Shown: positions 17,952 to 26,223 of the stretch, piece after piece | Position numbering within the stretch: position 1 is the first letter of the stretch | Layout: every line of letters starts with the position of its first letter | Assembly: GCA_964496765.1 (NCBI GenBank) | Contig: CAZCAP010000003.1 | Span: 68,954 to 97,967 of the forward strand | Direction of reading: 5' to 3' | From: an uncultured archaeon | GTDB lineage: Archaea; Iainarchaeota; Iainarchaeia; Iainarchaeales; CSSED10-239 | DNA: 29,014 bases | The notes under the pieces: model-generated | What the model was told of the DNA's origin: nothing | Database searches by the model: none | What the model saw: only the letters and a program-made list of their open reading frames with translations | Program-made: the position numbers and the translations under genes

Positions 17952-18581
17952 ATGAGTCCGAGAAAAGTTAGAATAACAAAACGCAAAATTCAAGAAGGTA
18001 CTGTAAAATCAAACAATCCTCGAAGTGAATACTATTCAGATTATTATTTAACACATGCAAATGATTTCCATACATATTATATTAAAAAAAAAATTAAATT
18101 ATTAAATGAACAATTAACAAACGAGAAGAATCTAAATAAGAGGAAAGAACTTGTTGAAGAAATAAATGCAATAAAAAATAACAAACCACGCCCTAGTTCT
18201 CAACAAAAAAAAGAGGAGATGAAACAAGCACTTCTGAAACATTTGGGACAAAAAAAATATGATGATATGGGTAGGCGTGTGTATCAATTCCAAAAAGGCG
18301 TTTTGTATTATGTTTATCTTCTTGGTGGGATTGAGCACATTTCTAAACTAACTATCCCAAAAGTTGTTGTGGATTATATTTACAATTCAACTTTCTATCC
18401 AAGTGATATTCCAATAGCTAATCTAGGAAGATTTGTTGAAATATATAATTATTATACAGCTATTCTTAAAAAAAGAGGAAGGGAATTATCAAAAAATGAG
18501 ATATCTTCATTTTATAAATATGCAAAAAATAAAAAAATGACCCAAAATAATTTTCTAGAGTATCTAAAGACCTGGAAATAA
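17952..18581 (+). CDS. Hypothetical protein downstream of polB
   Basis: 209-aa ORF with basic N terminus (MSPRKVRITKRKIQ) and predicted helical regions; 50 nt after polB. No family recognised. Confidence 0.6.
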   Translation: MSPRKVRITKRKIQEGTVKSNNPRSEYYSDYYLTHANDFHTYYIKKKIKLLNEQLTNEKNLNKRKELVEEINAIKNNKPRPSSQQKKEEMKQALLKHLGQKKYDDMGRRVYQFQKGVLYYVYLLGGIEHISKLTIPKVVVDYIYNSTFYPSDIPIANLGRFVEIYNYYTAILKKRGRELSKNEISSFYKYAKNKKMTQNNFLEYLKTWK

Positions 18582-18595
18582 TTTATTTATTTCCA
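18573..18595. terminator. Perfect 9-bp hairpin at convergent gene ends
   Basis: TGGAAATAA (18573-18581) - TTTAT - TTATTTCCA (18587-18595), spanning the stop codons of two convergent genes. Confidence 0.35.
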
Positions 18596-19500
18596 ATGGT
18601 GTACCTGTTTATCCATAAATAAAGAGATTCTGCAGAAAATACTCCTTCTTCTGTTATGAATTTATCAATTAGCTCATTGGGTACAATATCAAATGCTGGA
18701 TTTTTTATGTTTAGGTTCCTTGGTCTCCCGTCCATGGCATTCCAAACCTCACTTGCTTCTCTCTCTTCCACCTTCTCAGTTAGCATCAAAAGAGAATTGA
18801 TTTCACAGCAATGGGTGGTTGTTAAAACCACGTGTGGTGTTGAATATTTAGGACACACAGAAGAAATTAAGTTTGTTCCAACCTTATTCATTATGCTTCC
18901 ATCAGGAAACACAACATCAGCTCCTGTAAAAAAATAATTCATTTCCTTAAGATAATGGGTAACACTGGAATCAACAATCAAAGTTGTTTTAATTCCATAG
19001 TCTGAAAGATTCTTTGCAGTTATTCTTCCCTGATATCTAGGTCTTGTTTCTGTGCAATAAACTTCAAAATCCAGTCCCCTATCGTGTGCAATCTTAAACA
19101 TGTATTCAACCATTGTTGAATGGCAATGGGTTAAATACTTACCACCATTAACAATCATGTTTGATGCAATTTCACAAGCCTTTCTGTTTCCCTGCTTAGT
19201 TTTTTCCTCATATCCATTTATTTCTTCAATTAATTTTAAATGTGTTTCGTCAAACTTATGATTATTTGCTTCCGTTAATATAAAGTTTAATGAATTTCTA
19301 AGTTTAGGTTCGTTTGGTCTCTGCAAAATTAAATGATTTATATTTTCACTTAATTCTTTAATGAATTCTTCTCCAATTAATTCGTTCTTAATTATATATC
19401 CTTTTATTGCATCAATTGCAGCAATCTCAATATTGCTTGCTCCCTGAATCTTAATTTCTTTAATTTCCTTTGCAATTCTTAATACATCTATGTTAATCAT
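18583..19500 (-). CDS. Ribose-1,5-bisphosphate isomerase / eIF2B-like protein
   Basis: YLTHCHSTMVEYMFKIAHDRGLDFEVYCTETRPRYQGRITAKNLSDYGI, GADVVFPDGSIMNKVGT, NPAFDIVPNELIDKFITEEGV. Preceded by GAGGT Shine-Dalgarno-like sequence. Confidence 0.8.
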   Translation of the reverse strand: MINIDVLRIAKEIKEIKIQGASNIEIAAIDAIKGYIIKNELIGEEFIKELSENINHLILQRPNEPKLRNSLNFILTEANNHKFDETHLKLIEEINGYEEKTKQGNRKACEIASNMIVNGGKYLTHCHSTMVEYMFKIAHDRGLDFEVYCTETRPRYQGRITAKNLSDYGIKTTLIVDSSVTHYLKEMNYFFTGADVVFPDGSIMNKVGTNLISSVCPKYSTPHVVLTTTHCCEINSLLMLTEKVEEREASEVWNAMDGRPRNLNIKNPAFDIVPNELIDKFITEEGVFSAESLYLWINRYTIGNK

Positions 19501-19651
19501 ATTTTTTACCTCGTTTCCTTAAAGAAGAGGTACGATATTATATTTATAAAGGTTTCTCAACATATATTATATATACTTTTTTTATCAAGAGTTAAATTTA
19601 TTTAGTTATCGCTAAGATTAGGGAGCGTGAGAAAATTTGATTAATACAAAT

Positions 19652-20740
19652 ATGAGCAAGAAACAACAAACTGTTGAACAACCATCTCAAATAATGAGTG
19701 CAGAGGACAAGGAACTTGAAGAATTCCTGAATGCATCTTTACCAAACATCTATGTTTTTGGAGTTGGTGGAAGTGGTAATAATACACTTATGAGAATGCA
19801 TACAATTGGGATTGAAGGTGCTAAGACCATTGCATTAAATACAGATGCTCAGGCACTTATAAAAACCATTTCTGATAAAAAGATATTAATTGGGAAAAAA
19901 ACAACTAAGGGTCTCGGAGCTGGTTCAAATCCTGATGTTGGAGAGGCAGCTGCTGAAGAATCAAAAGAAGAACTTAAAAAAATAATTTCTGGAGCTGACA
20001 TGGTATTTATTACCTGTGGGCTAGGTGGAGGAACAGGAACAGGTGCTGCACCAGTTATTGCTGGGCTCTCAAAAGAAATTGGAGCACTCACCATAGGAGT
20101 TGCAACATTACCTTTTGCAGTTGAAGGTAAAAGAAGAATAGATAATGCTTTATCTGGTCTTGAAAAACTAAGAAAAGAAGTTGATACATTAATATTAATT
20201 CCAAACGATAAGATATTAGAGATTGCACCAGATCTTCCTCTGCAGATTGCTTTCCAAGAGGTTGATAAAATATTAACTGAAGCAGTTAAAGGAATTGTTG
20301 AATTAATTACAAGAGCAGGAATAATTAATCTTGATTTTGCAGATCTTAAAACCATTCTTTCAAAGGGAGGGATGGCAATGATTGGGGTTGGAGAATCATC
20401 AACAGAGAGAGCAAATGATCAAAGAGCAATGCAGGCTGTTGAGAATGCATTAACATCACCATTGCTAGACATAGATATTTCAACATCCACTAGAGCACTA
20501 GTAAACGTTCTTGGTGGAAATGATTTAACACTTAAGGAAGCAGAATTAATTGTTGAAACCGTTGCATCAAAAATAAACGAGGATGCGCACATAATTTGGG
20601 GTGCAATGATTGATGATGGAATAGGAAGAAACACAGTTAGAGTTATGGTTGTTATTGCTGGAGCAACAATACCTTATCTTGATGGCAACAATAATCAGGA
20701 TACTTCTGAAGATTTAGATTTTGGAGTAGATAGTATTTAA
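19652..20740 (+). CDS. ftsZ: Cell division protein FtsZ
   Basis: GVGGSGNNTLMRMH, LNTDAQAL, GLGGGTGTGAAPVIA tubulin signature, DFADLKTILS. Track start 19637 is TTG; ATG at 19652 preferred. Confidence 0.95.
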   Translation: MSKKQQTVEQPSQIMSAEDKELEEFLNASLPNIYVFGVGGSGNNTLMRMHTIGIEGAKTIALNTDAQALIKTISDKKILIGKKTTKGLGAGSNPDVGEAAAEESKEELKKIISGADMVFITCGLGGGTGTGAAPVIAGLSKEIGALTIGVATLPFAVEGKRRIDNALSGLEKLRKEVDTLILIPNDKILEIAPDLPLQIAFQEVDKILTEAVKGIVELITRAGIINLDFADLKTILSKGGMAMIGVGESSTERANDQRAMQAVENALTSPLLDIDISTSTRALVNVLGGNDLTLKEAELIVETVASKINEDAHIIWGAMIDDGIGRNTVRVMVVIAGATIPYLDGNNNQDTSEDLDFGVDSI

Positions 20741-20774
20741 TTAAATTAACTCTTAAAAAAGGAGATGATTATAG

Positions 20775-21068
20775 ATGCCAAGAAAGAAACAAATAGTAAG
20801 AGCCAAGATCGTTAATGACGTAATTATTCCAAAAAAAAGTAAACTTATAAAAGTAAGCAGATCAGCTTCAAATCAAAATATATCAAAAGTTATTGGTGAA
20901 CTAGAAAGAAACCCACATCTTATGAAAGATGTATTAGTATTAACCCATAGAGAAAAAGGTATTAAGGGTGTTAATGAATTAATAAAAAAACATCCCTTTT
21001 TAATGGAATTTTTAACTAGAGAAAAAATAATTACAAAAGAACAAATACGTGCAAAAAGAAAAAAATAA
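20775..21068 (+). CDS. Small basic hypothetical protein between ftsZ and secE
   Basis: 97 aa, preceded by GGAGATGATT ribosome-binding-like sequence; in the same operon direction. Confidence 0.65.
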   Translation: MPRKKQIVRAKIVNDVIIPKKSKLIKVSRSASNQNISKVIGELERNPHLMKDVLVLTHREKGIKGVNELIKKHPFLMEFLTREKIITKEQIRAKRKK

Positions 21069-21082
21069 ATTTGTGAATAAAT

Positions 21083-21265
21083 ATGAAATTAATGGATAGA
21101 TTTAAAGCATTTATGTCTTCTTCAAGAAGAATAATTTCAATTTCCCAAAAACCAAGCAAAAAAGAGTTTTGGTTAATGGCTAAAATCATTGGACTGGGTA
21201 TAATAATAATTGGAGTTATTGGTTATTTAATTAAATTAATTATGCAAACATTAGGATTCTTTTAA
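21083..21265 (+). CDS. secE: Preprotein translocase SecE/Sec61-gamma
   Basis: 60 aa: SQKPSKKEFWLMAKIIGLGIIIIGVIGYLIKLIM, immediately upstream of spt5. Confidence 0.9.
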   Translation: MKLMDRFKAFMSSSRRIISISQKPSKKEFWLMAKIIGLGIIIIGVIGYLIKLIMQTLGFF

Positions 21266-21292
21266 GATTCCAGACAGGGCAAGTGATAAATT

Positions 21293-21730
21293 ATGATTTT
21301 TACAATAAGAACTACTGTTGGCCAGGAAAAGGTTATTATTGACATGCTCCATAATAGGGCAAGACAGGAAGAACTAGAGGTTTATTCTCTAGTAGAGATG
21401 GCTGATCTTAAGGGTTATATTCTTGTTGAGGCTGATTCAGAAAAAACTGTTGAAATATTAATTCACAATGTTCCTCATATTAAAGGTGGAAAGATAGTTG
21501 AAGGAAAAATAGATATTAAAGAAATTGCTGGTGTTCTTGAATCTCGTCCACTTATGACCTCATTAAAACCAGGAAACACAGTTGAAATAATTCTTGGTCC
21601 ATTTAAGGGTTCACGTGCAAAGATAATTAGAGTTAATCTTGCAAAAGAAGAGGTTGTTATTGAACTATTTGATGCAACCGTAAAAATACCAATTACAATA
21701 AAAGCAGAGAACGTTAAGGTTCTAAACTAA
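21293..21730 (+). CDS. spt5: Transcription elongation factor Spt5 (NusG NGN + KOW)
   Basis: IFTIRTTVGQEKVIIDML, LKGYILVEAD, LKPGNTVEIILGPFKGSRAKIIRVN (KOW). Confidence 0.94.
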   Translation: MIFTIRTTVGQEKVIIDMLHNRARQEELEVYSLVEMADLKGYILVEADSEKTVEILIHNVPHIKGGKIVEGKIDIKEIAGVLESRPLMTSLKPGNTVEIILGPFKGSRAKIIRVNLAKEEVVIELFDATVKIPITIKAENVKVLN

Positions 21731-21764
21731 AAAAAGAATGATTAAAAAGAAGAGTGATTAAAAT

Positions 21765-22229
21765 ATGACACAAACAATAAAAGTTTTAATAGATTCAGGA
21801 CATGCAAACGCAGGTCCACCAATTGGTCCAGCACTTGGTCCAATAGGAGTAAATACAATGAATGTTGTAAACAAGATTAATGAGCTTACAAAGGATCTTG
21901 AAGGAATTACAGTTCCTGTTTCAATAATTATTGATAATAGTAAGAATTTCACAATTGAAGTTGGTTCACCAATGACCAGTGCTTTAATTAAGAAAGAATT
22001 AAATATTAAAAAAGGAACTGGAAAAGCAGGAACTGAGGTTACTGGTAATCTAAGTTTTGATCTGGTTAGAAAGGTAGCAAGAGCTAAATATAATCAATTA
22101 ATTTCAAAAACCGAAAAATCTGCAATTCTTGAAGTTCTTGGAACCTGTAGAACAATGGGTGTTACTGTTGATAATGCATCAATTAAAGAAGTAACTGCTA
22201 AGGTTAAATCAGGGGAATATAAGTTATAA
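21765..22229 (+). CDS. rpl11: 50S ribosomal protein L11 (uL11)
   Basis: IKVLIDSGHANAGPPIGPALGPIGVNTMNVVNKINE, C-terminal LGTCRTMGVTVDN. Confidence 0.97.
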   Translation: MTQTIKVLIDSGHANAGPPIGPALGPIGVNTMNVVNKINELTKDLEGITVPVSIIIDNSKNFTIEVGSPMTSALIKKELNIKKGTGKAGTEVTGNLSFDLVRKVARAKYNQLISKTEKSAILEVLGTCRTMGVTVDNASIKEVTAKVKSGEYKL

Positions 22230-22366
22230 ACCCCCTTTCAATTATTTTTCTTTTTTCTATTAGAATTATAATCAGATATTTATCTAATTTTTTATAAAAG
22301 AATAGATTTTTATATACTTTATTATTATATCTTATAAGTAAAATATATTTTGTGAGGAGATTTTAG

Positions 22367-22960
22367 ATGAAATTTAAGATATTAATCATATTATTAGTAT
22401 TAGCCTTATTCTTGCCTATCGTGCATTCCTATGCAGACTATGGTATTAATGATGTAAATGTTCCCCAATCAATTAAGGAAGGAGAGGATCTGAACTCTAT
22501 CGTGCATTCCTATGCAGACTATGGTATTAATGATGTAAATGTTCCCCAATCAATTAAGGAAGGAGAGGATCTGAACTATTCAATAACCCTTTCAAACAAT
22601 AGTGCAATGCCAAAGAATATAGATGTAAGTGTGTTTATAATAGCCCCAACGGGATCAATTGTTTATACTGTTGTTCCTGGGCCATATAATGTTGCTGCAA
22701 ACACTACAGATACATTCCCTGATACAATAACAGCTGCTGATTATAATTTTTTAAATTCAACAGAACCCTATTCAATTTATGTATCAATAACAAATGAAGG
22801 TGCCACAGGTAATCTTGCAAATAATACCTATACAAAATATTTCACAGTAAGAAAGAGTAGCCAAAAGGTTCCTGTTCCTGATATGCCTATTGTTCTAGGA
22901 ATAGTTCTTGCAATCTCAATTGTTTTTATTTTAGCAAGAGAAAACAAATCAAAAAAATAA
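22367..22960 (+). CDS. Secreted/membrane-anchored hypothetical protein with CARDB/Ig-like region
   Basis: N-terminal signal peptide, beta-rich domain with SIKEGEDLNYSITLSNNSAMPKNIDVSVFI, C-terminal TM MPIVLGIVLAISIVFILARENKSKK. Confidence 0.75.
   Translation: MKFKILIILLVLALFLPIVHSYADYGINDVNVPQSIKEGEDLNSIVHSYADYGINDVNVPQSIKEGEDLNYSITLSNNSAMPKNIDVSVFIIAPTGSIVYTVVPGPYNVAANTTDTFPDTITAADYNFLNSTEPYSIYVSITNEGATGNLANNTYTKYFTVRKSSQKVPVPDMPIVLGIVLAISIVFILARENKSKK
22416..22577 (+). repeat. Perfect 2 x 81-bp direct tandem duplication, in frame
   Basis: 22416-22496 is identical to 22497-22577; protein repeats the 27-residue block SYADYGINDVNVPQSIKEGEDLN plus the flanking IVH. Confidence 0.97.
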
Positions 22961-22974
22961 AGAATAGATAAATT

Positions 22975-23889
22975 ATGGAATTAGAAATCATAAATAAACA
23001 CATTCTAGCTGGTGAGATTAATCATAGTGCACAAAAGCTTGCACAAAAGCTTATTAAACCAGGAGTTAACTTATTTGAAGTTGGAGAAAAAATCAATTCA
23101 TTCATTTTAGAAAACAAGGGAGTTCCTGCGTGGCCTGTTAATTTATCAATTAATCATGAGGCTGCACATAATACCTATAATCCAGAAAAGCAATATATCC
23201 TAAATGAAGAGGATATCCTAAAGGTTGATATTGGAGTCTCTATTGATGGTTATATATCAGATTCAGCAAGAACATTTATATTTTCAAAAAAACAGGAAAA
23301 ACTAAAGGAAGCTAGTGATAAAGCTCTTGCAAACACAAAAAAGTTCTTAATTGAAAACACAAAAAATGCAACCATTTCTGATGTGGGAACAATAATAGAA
23401 AACACAATTAGATCCTATAATTATAAACCAATAATAAATTTAACAGGGCATGTTCTTGGTCACTACCACGTACATGATAATCCATCCATTCCTAATGTGA
23501 AGAATGGAATTAAAACTAAGTTTTCAGAAATTGATAAAGCCTTTGCTATTGAACCTTTCTCATCCACAGGTGATGGATTTGTTAATGAGGGAGATGAGGT
23601 GTTAATATTTGAATATATAGAGGATAGGCCACTAAGAAATAAAGAAGCAAAAATTCTTCTAGAAGAAATTAAAAGATATAATGGGCTTCCCTTTTCAGAA
23701 GTGTGGATAGGAAAGGGAATGACTAACTTTGCAAAAAAGTTTGCACTAAGAGAACTATTAAAAACTGAAGCAATTGCTTCCTACCCAGTTTTAATTGACA
23801 AGAAAGGAAGTTTTGTTAGTCAAGCAGAAACCAGTTTTATAATTACAAAGGATGGATTAATTGATTTGGTGAAGGTTGATGAACTTTAG
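22975..23889 (+). CDS. map: Methionine aminopeptidase type II
   Basis: PAWPVNLSINHEAAHNTYNP, KVDIGVSIDGYISDSARTF, GHVLGHYHVHD, FAIEPFSSTGDG, FIITKDGLIDL. Confidence 0.93.
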   Translation: MELEIINKHILAGEINHSAQKLAQKLIKPGVNLFEVGEKINSFILENKGVPAWPVNLSINHEAAHNTYNPEKQYILNEEDILKVDIGVSIDGYISDSARTFIFSKKQEKLKEASDKALANTKKFLIENTKNATISDVGTIIENTIRSYNYKPIINLTGHVLGHYHVHDNPSIPNVKNGIKTKFSEIDKAFAIEPFSSTGDGFVNEGDEVLIFEYIEDRPLRNKEAKILLEEIKRYNGLPFSEVWIGKGMTNFAKKFALRELLKTEAIASYPVLIDKKGSFVSQAETSFIITKDGLIDLVKVDEL

Positions 23890-24865
23890 GGAAGATTTTC
23901 TAACTAAACAAAGTCTGTTAAAAGTAATTCTATTATTTGTATCAATATTAATTTGGATTTATTTTTATACTGCCTCCAGGGTATCATTAAACATACTAAT
24001 AATTTTTGATTTACCATCAATCATAAATACATTTTTCACATTGAACTTTGCACTTTTCCTATTATTATTTCCTCTAACCTCCTGCATTGCAATTGCGCTA
24101 TCAAAGGGAGATGATCTTTCACTTGATATTCTTCAGGTTTCCACAGGTATTCTTCTAGGGGTACTTATTGGAGCACTTCTATTTGGGCTTGGAACAACCT
24201 TTTTATTATTTGGATTATTTTATTTAGCAGCACACGTTATTCTAGAAATACTTTCTCACAATAAGTTTAAAGAAAAAGAAAGTAGAAAATTATTTTCAAT
24301 AAGTAATTATGCAACATCCAGAATTGGTATTTTATTAACCATAGCTCTAGTTGTTGTTATGATTATTGCTATTTTTCCACATCAAAGAGAATCTGCACAA
24401 TCTATGGAGGCAGGAATAGTAAACATGTTCGTTGGTGATGATCTAAGTAATTGGCTAGGAACATCCTACAACATAAATAAAATAAGTACAAAAGCATCAG
24501 TTGATTATATTGTTTCCTCTCCTGAATATAAGAGCCTATCTACTGCAAACAATAAAGTTGTAGAGGATTTTACTGATTTCATGAGTGACCTATCCTCTGA
24601 TCTTAAAAAACCAACAACTGAAAAGGACATAAGACAAGCCTATGCAAATCTGGATGATGCAAAACTAAAGCAACAAATATTTGATACCATTCATTCAATT
24701 CCTTTACTTATAATTGTTGAAGAATATTTCGCGGTTGTGTTCGCTCTGCTGATGGCATCCATTGCCCAATTGTACTTTACAATCGCTTTTTCGTTAGTAG
24801 GAATTCTTTATGTTTATATTTTTTATAAATTGTTTTCAGAAGATGAAGACAAGGAGAACGTGTGA
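23879..24865 (+). CDS. Polytopic membrane hypothetical protein with large extracytoplasmic loop
   Basis: Multiple hydrophobic segments, overlaps the end of map by 11 nt (track start 23876 is TTG). Confidence 0.65.
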   Translation: MNFREDFLTKQSLLKVILLFVSILIWIYFYTASRVSLNILIIFDLPSIINTFFTLNFALFLLLFPLTSCIAIALSKGDDLSLDILQVSTGILLGVLIGALLFGLGTTFLLFGLFYLAAHVILEILSHNKFKEKESRKLFSISNYATSRIGILLTIALVVVMIIAIFPHQRESAQSMEAGIVNMFVGDDLSNWLGTSYNINKISTKASVDYIVSSPEYKSLSTANNKVVEDFTDFMSDLSSDLKKPTTEKDIRQAYANLDDAKLKQQIFDTIHSIPLLIIVEEYFAVVFALLMASIAQLYFTIAFSLVGILYVYIFYKLFSEDEDKENV

Positions 24866-24871
24866 AGCAAG

Positions 24872-26191
24872 ATGAGATTAATTAATTACACACTACTAAT
24901 AATTGGCTTATTAATTTTTGGTTCACAAATTCATGCAATCTCTCTTTTTAATGCACAGGATATTTCAAAAACCTATTTACAAACAAATGAGCTGATTGAT
25001 GCTTTTTCTCAGGGAAGTATATCCTGTGATAAAAACAACTATTTTGTTATTCCAATAATTTCAAACTCCAATGATCTTTCCTTTTTTGTAATAATCTCTG
25101 AAAAGGATGGAGTGGTTTATTCAAGAAAAGATGAAACCACAGCAATTAATTTAATAAAATCAGAGTATATTTTAAGAACCCTATATTATTCAAATACCAC
25201 AAATTATTTATCAACCCAGCTATTTGATAGAATGGATAGACTAATTTCTGTACTTAACTCTAAAAAGTCTAGACTTGAAGGCTTAATTGCAACTGATTAT
25301 CCCTATGATGTTAAATCAGAGATTACAACCACAAAGAATAAGCTTGTTACACTAACCACATCTCTTGAGGTTCTAAAAAATAATCTGAAGGAGATGTACG
25401 ATCTTCAGCAGACATTTGTGTATTCTCCTAACTGTTCAAATCAGAATGCTCTAATAGGTAAGTTCAGTTCTTCATTTATTGGCTATTCTGATATATCCGA
25501 GCAATCATTGGATTATCTTGATTCAATTGATACTGCAACAAAAATAATTGTTGCAAGTGATGGCCTATCGGATGATGATAAGAGAAGCATACTTAGTTTT
25601 ATAGGTCCGCCAACAAGCCTAAACTCAGAAATCACATTTATTTATGATTCATTATCCTCAACCAATAAGTTCTATTCAGATATTGTTCTAACAGTAAGCA
25701 ACACAACCAATAACAAGGGATTAATGCTTTACTATAATAATTTTTTATCAAGACAGGATTATGTAACTGCAAAATCAATGTTATTTGATTTTGATTCTGA
25801 TTTTCCAAAATACAATAGTTTGGATAGTGTGCTACAGGTTATTATTGATCCAACTAATATAATTTATTGGCAGGCCCAGGATGATGTGGACACAATTACT
25901 TCAGAATATACAATTATCAAGGAGCAATACGCAAAAGGCCAATACAAGGATGTAATCAAGAGGCTACCTGGAATTAAAAGTAAAGCAGAAAACGTATTAA
26001 CCGAGGGTTATGTTGTTTATCAAGATGAAACTAGTACTCTCTACTATTGGTTTGCTGGTGGAATTATTCTTGTGATCCTAATTATAATTGTTGTTAGAAG
26101 AATTAATTTTAAAAACAAGAAAAACAAACCAAGAAAAGAAAAAAATAAAAATGATTTCTTAGAAACTAGTGATGATTCTCTTTTTGGTTAA
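24872..26191 (+). CDS. Exported coiled-coil-like protein with C-terminal membrane anchor
   Basis: Signal-like LLIIGLLIFGSQIHA, long helical/charged ectodomain, C-terminal TM YYWFAGGIILVILIIIVVRR with basic tail. Confidence 0.7.
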   Translation: MRLINYTLLIIGLLIFGSQIHAISLFNAQDISKTYLQTNELIDAFSQGSISCDKNNYFVIPIISNSNDLSFFVIISEKDGVVYSRKDETTAINLIKSEYILRTLYYSNTTNYLSTQLFDRMDRLISVLNSKKSRLEGLIATDYPYDVKSEITTTKNKLVTLTTSLEVLKNNLKEMYDLQQTFVYSPNCSNQNALIGKFSSSFIGYSDISEQSLDYLDSIDTATKIIVASDGLSDDDKRSILSFIGPPTSLNSEITFIYDSLSSTNKFYSDIVLTVSNTTNNKGLMLYYNNFLSRQDYVTAKSMLFDFDSDFPKYNSLDSVLQVIIDPTNIIYWQAQDDVDTITSEYTIIKEQYAKGQYKDVIKRLPGIKSKAENVLTEGYVVYQDETSTLYYWFAGGIILVILIIIVVRRINFKNKKNKPRKEKNKNDFLETSDDSLFG

Positions 26192-26200
26192 TATTTTTAT

Positions 26201-26213
26201 TTTTTAAAAAAAA
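26201..26213. terminator. TTTTTAAAAAAAA at convergent gene ends (T-run on both strands)
   Basis: T-run followed directly by A-run between convergent stops at 26191 and 26224. Confidence 0.35.
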
Positions 26214-26223
26214 GTAAGCTAAT

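Noticed and set aside
19637-19651. TTG-initiated MINTN extension of FtsZ
   Set aside because: ATG at 19652 is a more plausible start; no evidence for the extension.
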